From a virus (Duplodnaviria > Caudoviricetes): a DNA stretch of 64,000 nucleotides. Shown here piece by piece: positions 22,201 to 31,057 of the stretch. The position numbers were made by a program, and so were the translations under genes. The notes below the pieces were generated by a model. It did no database searches and was not told the origin of the DNA. It worked only from the letters and a program-made list of their open reading frames with translations. The stretch covers positions 64,001-128,000 of IMG/VR virus record IMGVR_UViG_3300007083_000004, one strand, 5' to 3'. Numbering within the stretch: position 1 is the stretch's first letter; each line of letters starts with the position of its first letter.

Positions 22201-23263
22201 TTTCCAAGCCTTGTTCTGTAAAACTGGGAGATTCGCCACCAAAATCAGCAGCCATTTCTTGCTGCATTTTTATTCCATCAGAAATTGCATCAGCGACATC
22301 GAATGCACCAGTCAAACCTTCTTTTACTTGATATAAAACATCGCCAATAGATTTCTTAATCCTGTTAGTTACGTTTCTTATATATCTACCATTGCCTCTA
22401 TATATGGTATCACTTATAGAACCAAAAGTTTGTTCTCTTAAATGTTCTTTAAGAGCTTCTTTAGTGGTTTTCTTTAAGTAATCAGGTAAACCTGTATTTT
22501 TTGTAATAGCCGATAGATCGGTTTTAAATTCTTGGAAATACTTTGTTTGCAATTGCAACATATCGCTTTGAACAAAATAGCTTCTAAATTGCAATTCTAA
22601 GGATTTCTTTAAGTAATTGGTATTTACTTTTTGTTGATATGTAGTCAATTGAATTAATGACTGATCAACTGAACCTAAAATAGTAGTTAAATCAGAATGT
22701 CTTTTTTGGTTTATTTGATCCGTCAGTATCTGTTTAGCATCTTTTTTCTTCTGATCCTCAGCTCTCGCTTCTTCAGTAGCAGCGAATATTTCGGCAAAAG
22801 CGGTATTTATTGTATTACTTTCTATTTCTTCTTTTGAAGTAGAATAAGTAGAATCACTACTTTGAGTCCACTCTTTTAATTTGTCAGTTAATTTCTTTGG
22901 TAATACTGAATCTAAATTCGTAGCTATTTTATTAATAGATTTTTTAGATTCCTTTATTATTTCACGAGTCTTGGTAGTAGTATGACCATATACGTCTTTG
23001 ATAGAATCTTTGATATCAAAAGCCGATGATATTGGAGTACCATATTCTCTAGGTAAAGATTTCTCCAACATGGTTTTTAAATTAGATTCTCCTACGAAGG
23101 ATTTACCGAATCCTGTACCAACAGCTTTTAAACCTTTAGTTATGGGTTTTCTATCATCTTTTCTTACTTCGTTGTGTAAATCAAAATCATCGTTGAAATC
23201 AAAGTTTAAATCATCGTCGAAATTGAAATCATCATTGACTTTGTTTTTCTTTTCTTTGGCCAT
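16250..23263 (-). CDS. Tail-associated structural peptidoglycan hydrolase / tape-measure-like protein (phiKZ gp181-like)
   Basis: 2337 aa; lytic transglycosylase motifs AAKKVGIDPKLAAMIAAIESN, SGLFQFINSTW, DAYMAHFMG; KNTGLPDYLK; Gly-rich hydrophobic segments. Confidence 0.9.
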   Translation of the reverse strand: MAKEKKNKVNDDFNFDDDLNFDFNDDFDLHNEVRKDDRKPITKGLKAVGTGFGKSFVGESNLKTMLEKSLPREYGTPISSAFDIKDSIKDVYGHTTTKTREIIKESKKSINKIATNLDSVLPKKLTDKLKEWTQSSDSTYSTSKEEIESNTINTAFAEIFAATEEARAEDQKKKDAKQILTDQINQKRHSDLTTILGSVDQSLIQLTTYQQKVNTNYLKKSLELQFRSYFVQSDMLQLQTKYFQEFKTDLSAITKNTGLPDYLKKTTKEALKEHLREQTFGSISDTIYRGNGRYIRNVTNRIKKSIGDVLYQVKEGLTGAFDVADAISDGIKMQQEMAADFGGESPSFTEQGLEITGGVAGSAVRDKTANFVRSKIKDNSNVLKTGRKLNQIFSNLPQYVNENINNGKLGDYTPDFLKQILAPERINATVELTKEEDLDRTKPWDSRSHLSLNVIIPKYLAKIHKEIYTLRTGDTQADELEYDLTSGRFVGKKAATRTKLESIFSKSAYESNKYTSEKIFNKLDPENKLTKEEKEDLLTQIYNANDNNIFFNKENILKLSGNLRSLTLENKLKDLITYDKDNEQIHQLSKYFHELGKNRSNVTEKIQYLINNGKHGDLIDLGILDPETRDIDQDRIRQIEISGELPEFSNRRQSTPNSKKGFFKKLFNRKDETSKDSNDVNELKEALKLKEDNLKELSKIKSNVEIGESNIIKLESTIRETNSRDLLTEIRDILKDIKKSGGLDFGSISPEDIDEYIKNRRINYVGKFGKLIGKGYNKLNSGLGFIRKLTNKTISKTYDVGKSTINKSIDLLSRTKERFDLFVGNEIEPRLKSSKLKAGRYIDVSTGKIIEKFEDITGDIKDIDTGEIVLYASEIKDSLLKNLERTKSILAGSLDWAKKVALKSFNIVKEATDRTIGQVRSSFKYSLKYARKTFDWLTKEQQDVYLADNLNVPVLLKRVLANGGYYDKKTGKPITRISEIGGDIVDIEGNVVLSTEDMKKGLVNKEGKPLVTGVEKALEWVKDQANVMKRFYGKVWDKTRSVGKGIVDTVKNPFDISIGMGKGIKKTNSILIAIYKLLLNKFTDRPIVSETFTDDYTYEPGAIRTGISKGIEGIKKLGGKGWLWGRNKIDENKGGVDSFKDNLQSKLQDVENKAREKLASLNKKYNEFKDDKWDKKKELYLDPTTDVMRKGLHEIVNTLRERLPEPEQKKFYDWDGDGIREGSIDDLRNKRSGLSIDENGNPIIDKNGKEKGGLLSGLKNMLLGKMGALGKHFQNGLIPGLVTLLALGIGKTLKATFKHVLGPLLKTTFRWGIKPLAKGIFGLSKLMFFGFGKMVKGLFLNRVTTLLAGKMATMAQAAGGVIKGGLGKIMPKTRGGKAGLIAGLLGAGAMMTGVGAKAGGLDGMLDGMGGPKEGEDDANDMMSSIYNPVNDFDDPDGGFDLGNLSASLGLGGLGLAGLAGLGGMTAGTGSIMEDVLDPGLDPRLNKSSPKPGTTPKPKGFLGRQADKIKNFFKSATDAASSGVDKARKFAGSAWDKIKGLGSSALDKVKGVGAKVGAKAGGYLSRGLSIAKSYGGKAASLGLKILPTAGRVLLGAARVFTGPVGWALLAAELGYTAYKWYKDGKPNDLEKVRMIQYGFNVDDSKAFKNMKMLESMVKKHVILNGNNFAVNKDNIVKEQMGFLNIFEIDPNDGFKIRIFQDWFNKRFIKIYLNHLEVLKTLGFPVTLEEVEKLKTKEAKQYLENLRVPYEYYSFNETPMGFTINGPQIVSDFIKTIISKYSGKEGIAPTGFAETEGGAALHRKVEIDASNLEKEELLKKIEESKKAMKEMKLNLKERRGHANKISAYEKQLKILEEENVQQNTPDILQKPTAGSSSFSGLSGNQQPKSTGLSVPVKPGIPIDVGSAVSSGGDIKDIPMPLGQTSKKEGKANWALVKDTIIAAAKKVGIDPKLAAMIAAIESNYHYTAKAGTSTASGLFQFINSTWKTMKDKYASKWGISKDAHQFDPRANALLGGEFLNENVQGLKKRLKRQPTATDAYMAHFMGLGGAGAFLSTMDKNPNALGAQQFPKAAGANRPVFYDKNGNPKTLSQIYNDFTAKLSNALKTRGITDADFLQSNQTNESIDVESDAYSQVNPATGETIGITSFSEADSKLAGKEPETKEESPYGKGVVQSGELTKPEGPFKETTLADVLPNESLENNPNVGPIPKTEEQMKEEAVRVDAITPKSVLNAPRVTQTTSEAPVYANTTRSTTSQEYQQKQSIMNLGDSISVFKESLEESKEQTTLLRRIVDGVDTLPERLSGVFNVDKQPIRNTRQNRSPSPMTGQTSSFNRRYAPA

Positions 23264-23299
23264 TATTTATGCATCCTTATACATTTAAAAAGGATAAAA

Positions 23300-24805
23300 A
23301 TGAAGACAGTAAATATCCCTTTTAACATAAAACTCCTAAATCCAGAGGATAATCGCTTTAAACAAATAAGACAAATAAAATCATTGGAAACTTTTGAAGT
23401 AGGTAGTGAAAATTTTCATCCTGAAGGTTTATATTCTACAGAGATATTTGGTTTATCAGGTGATGACGTTAGGTTCAAACGTTTTAGTTTTATAGATATA
23501 AAAACTAAAATATTTCAGCCCGTATACTATAAATCTTTAACTGAAGGTATAGGTTTACATGAAGGAATAATGTCTAGTAAGAAATATGCCATTTGGGATG
23601 ATAATGATAAGTGTTTTTTAGAAAGTACTCCAATGAATGGAGAAACGGGTTATGGTTTCTTTATGAAATATTGGAAAGATATAAAATTTCCAGAAACAAA
23701 TTCAATTCAAAGACAAGAGCAATTTAAACTATTAATTGATTATAAAGATAAAGCTTTGACTGATAAAATTCTGGTAATACCAGCAGGACTAAGAGACCTG
23801 ATGATTGATGATAATGGTAGATATGAAGAAGATGATATAAACGTCTTATATAGAAGAGCTTTAGCCATTGCCAATACAATAAATTCCAGTAGTAGTGGAA
23901 ATAACGTGAGTGATATGGCTAGATGGAAGTTACAATTTACGTTTAATGAAATATATCAAAACCTGAAATCCATGATAGATGGAAAAAAGAAATTGATTAG
24001 AGGCAAATGGGCTAGCAGAAACATTGTCGATGGTACTCGAAATGTTATATCACCTATGGATGAGGGTATTACCAAATTGGACGAAGTTACCAATATAGGT
24101 TCGAATCAAACTGTAATAGGTTTATATCAGGCATTAAAATCCGCTAGACCTGTAGCTGTATTTGAATTTAAAGATAAATTTTTAAATAAAATAGATGCTA
24201 AAAACAATCACAATGTTTTATTGATAAATCCTAAAACACTAAAACAAGAAACTATACAGTTGGAAAATGAGCAATACGATTTATTCTTCACCGATGAAGG
24301 TATAAATAAAATATTTTCTTTAATGAAAGATGAAGAAATGTTTCATAGTACGGCAATGCTAAATGGTTATTTTTTATCTCTAATATATATCGGCAATAAA
24401 TATTTAAAAGATATTAGTAAAGATGTTGATAACGATTTACTTACTGAGAATTTACCTTCAGAGAAAACCGTAAAACTATTTTCTGACATTGATGAATTAC
24501 CTGATGGTTTTAATAAAAACGATGTTAGGCCAGCTACTTTTGCTGAATTAATATATTTGTCTGTAGTTAACAAAATAAATGGTTTACCTATATTTATAAC
24601 CAGATATCCGATTGCTACATTAGGTAGTATTTATCCATCTCTTAGTTACGTAAGAACTACTGTAGAAAGTGAAAAAAGATATGTCTTAAATGACGAATGG
24701 AATTTAGATAAAAATAATTACGTTCCATCATTTCCTATATACGGAAGAAGATTCGTATCGACCGTAAACCCCAACCCTATTAGATTAAAAGGTTTGGGTG
24801 CTGAT
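23300..24805 (+). CDS. Virion RNA polymerase beta' subunit (phiKZ gp180-like), exon 1
   Basis: FHPEGLYSTEIFG, VIPAGLRD, GTRNVIS, TRYPI; ends GLGAD, the first half of the DxDGD motif. Confidence 0.92.
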
Positions 24806-26171
24806 TAACAAGATACGAGTGCCCCCATTTTTTAACTCATATAGTTCGTATCATTTATGGAGTTATAACGTGGGCAATAAAATTTTTAATGGAAATAAAA
24901 AAATACCTTTAATCATAAACGATTTTTTTATTTCGTTAAAATGTGATTTAACATATGAAAAAAACCTATTGATCTAAAAAAGTTTAATCTCATAACTAAT
25001 TTATACGTTAGTTCTATTAATGTTTTAAAATATATTTCATTTAGAAAATTTAATTTAGCACCAAATTACTGGAAATTTCTAAAGGTTCTAATGGGTTCCG
25101 AAGACTTAGATACTCCAGAATCAATGGAACTAGGTTTAATAACGCCCGTTATGTCGTTGGAGTATAACGATTTTTATATAATACCATATTTTTCTAATTA
25201 TTTAATATCAAAATGTGGTGTTTTACTAAAAAAAGTAACGGCGAATATATTTCGGCATCTAAAAATATTTACGGATATTACACATACAGAATGACTAGTG
25301 ATTGTAATAAAACACAAAATTTTCTAAGACATAGAATCTTGGCTTTGGCTTTTTTAGATTACCCATATGAATTTGAAAATATGGTAGTAAATCATAAAAA
25401 CGGCATACCAGGAGACGATAGACTAGAAAATTTACAATGGTCAACGTACTCCGAAAATATCATACATGCTTATGAGCATGGTTTAAGAACCGATAACCAA
25501 CCAATTGAAATATACGATACCATTAATAAGAGATTATATATATATCCTAGCATAAGTTCTGCTGCACGAGCCTTTGGTATGTCTGACATGACCGTGGCTA
25601 AAAGAGCTAAAACTAACGGATATAAATCATTCTCAGGATTACAAATTCGTTATAAATCTAAAGAAATTTGGCCAAAAATAAATACTGAATTAGGTAATTA
25701 TTTAATAGAGCTGCCAGATGGAAATAAATTTTATTGCGGAGCTTTAGAAGTGTCGAGATATTCGGGCTTAACTAAAAGTAGTTTTCTTAGAATGATTAGA
25801 AACGGTAGATCGATGGGGAAAAATAATGTTAAAATCACTCGTATCAATGGTCTCGACAATCAGTAATGATTGATCGATAAACCCTCTAATTGCTGGAAAC
25901 TCCTGAGAGTCTATATACCACTGCGAGATGAAAATCAAAGCCATGGTTTAAAAAATATAGAATTGGACAATCAGCAGCGAAGCTCCTAAATGTAATAATT
26001 ACATATGGAGAACGTTCAACGACCATGCCATAGCTGGCAGTACACTATAAGTATAGTGGAAATGGGGGTTATCCGATTTAATCGGATAAAGATATGGTCT
26101 TATCTATATAGAAATATATAGCTGCGCATAATGGCGCGGGTTAGAACTAACGATTCTAATCGAAAATAATG
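24806..26171 (+). mobile_element. Group I self-splicing intron (IA2-like) with a homing endonuclease in loop L1
   Basis: 5' exon ends in U; intron ends in G26171. P2 CAATCA-GTAA-TGATTG; P element AATTGCTGGAAA; Q AATCAGCAG; R GTTCAACGACCA; S AAGATATGGTC (P7 GACCA/TGGTC). Splicing restores the reading frame. Confidence 0.93.
24870..25866 (+). pseudogene. Intron-encoded NUMOD4-HNH-NUMOD1 homing endonuclease broken by two -1 frameshifts
   Basis: GGAG RBS plus GTG at 24870; frames join at A7 runs 24958-24964 and 25228-25234; IPYFSNYLISKCG, HRILALAF, VNHKNGIPGDDRLENLQWSTYSENIIHA, YPSISSAAR. Confidence 0.8.
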
Positions 26172-26339
26172 CACGATGGCGATATGGTATCTTCAAATGT
26201 TGTTTATACCGATGAAGCTGTAAAGGAAGTAAAAGAATTATTTAAAAAGAAAAAATTTTATGTAGACCCTAGAGGTAAATTGATAGCCAGTGCCAACGTA
26301 GATACAGCCAAGCTGGTTTGTTTTAATATGACCAGATAA
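26172..26339 (+). CDS. Virion RNA polymerase beta' subunit, exon 2
   Basis: HDGDMVSSNVVYTDEAVKEV...CFNMTR*; spliced product 557 aa with GADHDGD. Confidence 0.9.
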   Translation, partial: HDGDMVSSNVVYTDEAVKEVKELFKKKKFYVDPRGKLIASANVDTAKLVCFNMTR

Positions 26340-26353
26340 AGGATATTTTCTTC

Positions 26354-29300
26354 ATGATTCAAATCTACCCTATATATGAAAAAGCCAGGATGATTAGAAA
26401 GGCTGCACAATTGGCAGCTCCTTTACTAAATTATATATCTACTCTCTCATTACCTAGAGGCTCGTTATTTCATTACATGCCGACCAGTAACGAAGACATA
26501 GGTCCCGACGTAACCAGTCCTATTTATAAAACGATAAAAAAACCAATTCAAATGTATAGCCCTTTGGTATTTACCGATCCAGTAGGTAATCCAAGAAAAG
26601 TAGCGTTTGAAGCTAATTCTGTAATCAGAAAGTTTTTAATAAAAAATAGAAGATTTAGAAAACTAATTGATTTAAAAGCTATACCTAAGGATGATAAGAC
26701 TTTAACAGTTATTAATTATTCATTGATATTGAAGTCTTATAAATACATGAAAACGATTTATTCCGATTACGATCGTTTTAAAGATATGTATTTAACATTA
26801 ATGAGTCATGTAAATGAAATAGCTAACATCTCTAATAAACATCAGTTCATTACTCTAGGTGTACCTAAGTTCTTACCTGCCGTCAGTAGATTACAGAATT
26901 CCAGTAAAAAATTTGACATTAATTCAGTTAAGATATTTAAAGACGATAATAGCAGAATGCTATTGGAGCTATGGAAATTCTTAAATGAAGATCCTACTGA
27001 AAGTATATTTAGTAGAATAGAAGAAAAGAATTATAAATATTTGAATTTAATTATCGGTAATGGTACAGAATGGTTATGTATTAATTTAAATAAATTATAT
27101 TATTGGACTAGAAGTGCTACTGATAAGTTAAATGAAAATGAAACTATTATAAACAAGAAAGAAATAAAACAAGATAATATTACTTATGGCAATTTACAAT
27201 TACAAAAATATCTGCTTAGAATGTATATGATTTTAAATTCTAATAAATCAGTTAGTAGCATAGATGCAGATAAAATAATTGAAAATAAATTATTAGAATC
27301 TAAAAATATAGAAGATGTAGTAGAAGTTTCTGGTAATATAGATGAAACAATTGAGAATGATATTGATGTTGATAACGATGAAGAAGATAATCTATATTTA
27401 AAAGATGAAGAGGATATGTTGGATGATGAAAGCAATATATCCGATGATTCTCCAGATAACGATAAAATAATAGTTAGTAAATTAATCGCCAGTGGTAATA
27501 AAATTAAAAACAAAAAAGAAAAAGATTCGGTAATTAATATGGATATAATCGATGAGAAAGTAAATAAGATCATCGACGATGATTTAGATGAATTAGAAAA
27601 AATAAACGATGTAATCGAAGGTGTTTCGGAAGAAGAACCAGAATTAGAAAACTACGATGAAGATGAACCTGAAGATTATGAAGGGCTGTTGAAGAAATCT
27701 ATCGAAAAACTATCAGCTAAAGGTTTATTGACTGCCGCTGAACAAAGAAGATATAACAAGTTAACTGAGAAATTCAAACAAATTAAAGATCCTTTTGGCA
27801 GTGATAAATCTTTAGTTGAATTTATTCAAATTGATGAAGAAGATAAAAAAGTAGATAATAAGAACGCGGTGACAGAAAAAGCAGTGGTTTTAGATAAGAC
27901 CATGGCTTATTCACCACATGAAAAAATGCAAAAAACATATATAGAAAAGATATTACCCAAACATACACTAAAAATACTAAGTAGTATACAAAAAGCAGAT
28001 ATAATAGTAACTGATATTACAGTAGAAGAAAGGCATGCTTATCAGGGTAGCATACAAGACTATACTGTTAAGGTAGTACCTATTGAAGGTGTACCATCAA
28101 CTTTTAGATTTCCATTACCAAAAATCGAATCGGATGGTTCGTACGTAGCGGCTGGCGTTAGGTATTCTGCTCGTAATCAAAGGGTTGATAATCCCATTAG
28201 AAAAATAGGTCCTAATAAAGTAGCGTTATCAAGTTATTATGGAAAATTCTTCATCTTCAGATCCAGAAAACATTCCAACAATTATGGTAAGTGGATATGT
28301 AATGAATTAATTACGATGGGAAATAGTGAAAACATTAAAAACATTAAAGATATAATTACTACCAATGTTTTTAATCCCAGTATAATTACACCTAGATCTA
28401 TATCTGAATTATCCAAGATGGTAAGTGAATTTACCGTAATGAGTATGGATAATGAAAATTTTACCTTTAATTTGGAATTGCCTAATCCTGAAAACAGATA
28501 TAATCCTAGAAAAACTGAAATCAATATAAAGAAAGGTTATACTCCTATAGCCAAAAGCGATAAAGGTAATATAATTTATTTTAATCAGGATAAATTTTAT
28601 TTGATTGAAAATGAGAAAGTCGTTGATTTAGGTTATATGGAAGATATATTAGGTTTGGATATATCTGAATCTCCTATTGAATATACGGAATTAAAGATCA
28701 ACGGCTCTTATGTTCCAATAGGTATACTATTGGCATATGAATACGGATTGGATAATCTAATAAAGAAACTAAAAGTAAAAGTTACTAAACATCCTAGTGA
28801 AACTAGGGTTAAGTTAGATAAAGATGAATTGCTGATAAAATTCGAAGATGAAAAAATTGTTTATAATCGTAGGGATTCGTTAACTAATTTATTGTTATCT
28901 GGTTTTCACGAATATAGACAAATAATAAAAGAATACCCAATAGGGGAATTTAATAAAAGAAATATATATCAAAAAGTGTTTGATGCTAAATTTGATTCTA
29001 CCAGAACTCTAAGAGAATTTGAATTAGCTAAGAAAATGTTTGTTGATCCAATAACTGAAGAAGTATTGATTCATTTAAATCAGCCTACTAAATTCTTGGA
29101 TATACTAATCTATGGTACTGAATTATTATTAACAGATGATCATAGAGATGCTCTTGATATGAACGAAATGAGAATCAGGGGATATGAAAGAATACCTGGT
29201 TTAATATATAAAGAAATAACTTCGGCGGTTAGAACCCACAATGCCAGACCTGCTAAAGCCAGGCATAAAATCGATTTTAAACCAAATACAGTTTGGACTG

Positions 29301-30754
29301 CTTTAGCCAAGGATCCTAGTATACTCGTTGTTAAGGATATAAATCCAATGGAAAATCTGAAACAAAGAGAAGAGGTGACTCTAATAGGTACCGGAGGTAG
29401 ACAAAAAGAATCATTAGCAGGATTAGATACCAGAACGTATGGTGAAAACGATATAGGTTTGATATCTGAGGCTACTAAAGATAGTGGAGATGTGGGTATT
29501 AATACATATATGAGCCCTAATGCTCAGATAGAAAACTATCTAGGTATGCCCAAGAAAGGTAAAAATAAAGATGTAAATTATACCAGTGTTTTTAGTAGTG
29601 CTGCATTAGCTACTCCATTAGTAGATCGCGATGACGCAAAACGTTTGGGTTTTTGCAATATACAACACACACACGGCATGTTTACAGAAGGTCAAGAAGA
29701 AAACATTTTACGAACAGGATATGAATCAGTAATACCATATAGAACCAGTAGTTTATTTTGTAACGTATCTACTGGAGATGGTAAAGTTACCGATATAAAT
29801 AAATACGGAATAGAGGTCGCATATAAAAATGGTGATGTAAAAAATTATCCTTTAGGTAGAAAATATGGTGAACATGAAGGCATTACCATTCCTCATGAAC
29901 TGGTAACCAATTTAAATATAGGAGATAAAGTATCCAAGGATGATATCATATCTTATCATTCGGGATATTTTAAACCAGATACACTAAATCCTAAAAACGT
30001 TGTTTGGTGTAATGGTACATATGCTTGGTTTGCATTATGCGAGTCTTCAGATGTGTTGGAAGATGCTTGTGTGGTTAGTAGGAAGTTAGCTAATAAACTA
30101 AAAACCAAACAAACCAAGGTTAGAGTAGTACAGTTAAAATTCGATCAATCGGTAGCTAAAATAGTTAAAGTGGGAGAAGAAGTTGGTATAAATGATCCAT
30201 TAATGGTTTTTCAAGATGAGATATCTACGAACATAGATGCTTACTCTGATACAAACATTGATATTTTGAGGAATTTAGCCAGCCAATCTCCTAGAGCTAA
30301 ATTTAGTGGTAAGATAGAAAAGATTGAAGTGTTATATAGGGGTGATAAAGAAGATATGTCTGAGAGCATATTAAAATATGCAAATCAGTCTGATTCTGAA
30401 TTGAAAAAACAAAAGAAATCTGAAGGTAAAGTAGTTGTAAACGGTAGTATTGATGAGAATTTTAGGATTAAAGCCAATCCTGTTCCCATGGATACTGCTG
30501 TATTTAGATTTTACATTACCTCAGACGAACCTTTTGGAGTGGGTGATAAACTCGTGCTTTGCGCACAACTTAAGAGTATATGCTCTAAAGTAACTGAAGA
30601 AAACTTAACGGCTGAAGATGGTACTGAAATTATGGGTAAATTCAGTTACACATCCATTTCAAGACGTATTATCAATTCTCCCGATATAACTGGTACTACT
30701 ACCGCTATATTAATGAAAGGTGCTCAATTGGCTGTTCAAGCCTATGATAGCTAA
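26354..30754 (+). CDS. Virion RNA polymerase beta subunit, large part (phiKZ gp178-like)
   Basis: 1466 aa; QRVDNPIRKI, LSSYYGK, MRIRGYER, GLISEATKDSGDVG, DRDDAKR, LRTGYE, EDAC, GDKL. Confidence 0.92.
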   Translation: MIQIYPIYEKARMIRKAAQLAAPLLNYISTLSLPRGSLFHYMPTSNEDIGPDVTSPIYKTIKKPIQMYSPLVFTDPVGNPRKVAFEANSVIRKFLIKNRRFRKLIDLKAIPKDDKTLTVINYSLILKSYKYMKTIYSDYDRFKDMYLTLMSHVNEIANISNKHQFITLGVPKFLPAVSRLQNSSKKFDINSVKIFKDDNSRMLLELWKFLNEDPTESIFSRIEEKNYKYLNLIIGNGTEWLCINLNKLYYWTRSATDKLNENETIINKKEIKQDNITYGNLQLQKYLLRMYMILNSNKSVSSIDADKIIENKLLESKNIEDVVEVSGNIDETIENDIDVDNDEEDNLYLKDEEDMLDDESNISDDSPDNDKIIVSKLIASGNKIKNKKEKDSVINMDIIDEKVNKIIDDDLDELEKINDVIEGVSEEEPELENYDEDEPEDYEGLLKKSIEKLSAKGLLTAAEQRRYNKLTEKFKQIKDPFGSDKSLVEFIQIDEEDKKVDNKNAVTEKAVVLDKTMAYSPHEKMQKTYIEKILPKHTLKILSSIQKADIIVTDITVEERHAYQGSIQDYTVKVVPIEGVPSTFRFPLPKIESDGSYVAAGVRYSARNQRVDNPIRKIGPNKVALSSYYGKFFIFRSRKHSNNYGKWICNELITMGNSENIKNIKDIITTNVFNPSIITPRSISELSKMVSEFTVMSMDNENFTFNLELPNPENRYNPRKTEINIKKGYTPIAKSDKGNIIYFNQDKFYLIENEKVVDLGYMEDILGLDISESPIEYTELKINGSYVPIGILLAYEYGLDNLIKKLKVKVTKHPSETRVKLDKDELLIKFEDEKIVYNRRDSLTNLLLSGFHEYRQIIKEYPIGEFNKRNIYQKVFDAKFDSTRTLREFELAKKMFVDPITEEVLIHLNQPTKFLDILIYGTELLLTDDHRDALDMNEMRIRGYERIPGLIYKEITSAVRTHNARPAKARHKIDFKPNTVWTALAKDPSILVVKDINPMENLKQREEVTLIGTGGRQKESLAGLDTRTYGENDIGLISEATKDSGDVGINTYMSPNAQIENYLGMPKKGKNKDVNYTSVFSSAALATPLVDRDDAKRLGFCNIQHTHGMFTEGQEENILRTGYESVIPYRTSSLFCNVSTGDGKVTDINKYGIEVAYKNGDVKNYPLGRKYGEHEGITIPHELVTNLNIGDKVSKDDIISYHSGYFKPDTLNPKNVVWCNGTYAWFALCESSDVLEDACVVSRKLANKLKTKQTKVRVVQLKFDQSVAKIVKVGEEVGINDPLMVFQDEISTNIDAYSDTNIDILRNLASQSPRAKFSGKIEKIEVLYRGDKEDMSESILKYANQSDSELKKQKKSEGKVVVNGSIDENFRIKANPVPMDTAVFRFYITSDEPFGVGDKLVLCAQLKSICSKVTEENLTAEDGTEIMGKFSYTSISRRIINSPDITGTTTAILMKGAQLAVQAYDS

Positions 30755-30755
30755 A

Positions 30756-30792
30756 GATGCATGCGATGGGGTCTAACCCCATCGCATACATC
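30756..30792 (+). terminator. Terminator hairpin
   Basis: GATGCATGCGATGGGG...CCCCATCGCATACATC immediately after the stop codon. Confidence 0.75.
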
Positions 30793-30828
30793 ATTTGATT
30801 ATTTTATTTAAACTAATTAGGGTTCTAT

Positions 30829-31035
30829 ATGAATAATGATTTATATCCTGAAAGTAATATGACATTACTGGCAAATGGAATTGATCTAACCATTACAACT
30901 ATTAAGTCTTTAGTATCCGATGAAAAGGTAAGAAACTATTTCGGTAGTAACGTAGCTAACAATGCCGTCGCTAGTGCTTTTATTTCAGCAGTTAGGAATA
31001 AAGTTTATCATGATATTAAACAACCAGTTGCTTAA
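30829..31035 (+). CDS. Small hypothetical protein
   Basis: 68 aa; AGGG RBS; first gene of the protease operon. Confidence 0.65.
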   Translation: MNNDLYPESNMTLLANGIDLTITTIKSLVSDEKVRNYFGSNVANNAVASAFISAVRNKVYHDIKQPVA

Positions 31036-31057
31036 AATTTAAAAAGGAAATAATCTC

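Noticed and set aside
14790-23288. Many + strand ORFs inside the gp182- and gp181-like genes
   Set aside because: Antisense shadow frames without RBS; the same applies to short opposite-strand ORFs inside RNAP, sheath, gp27-like and autotransporter genes.
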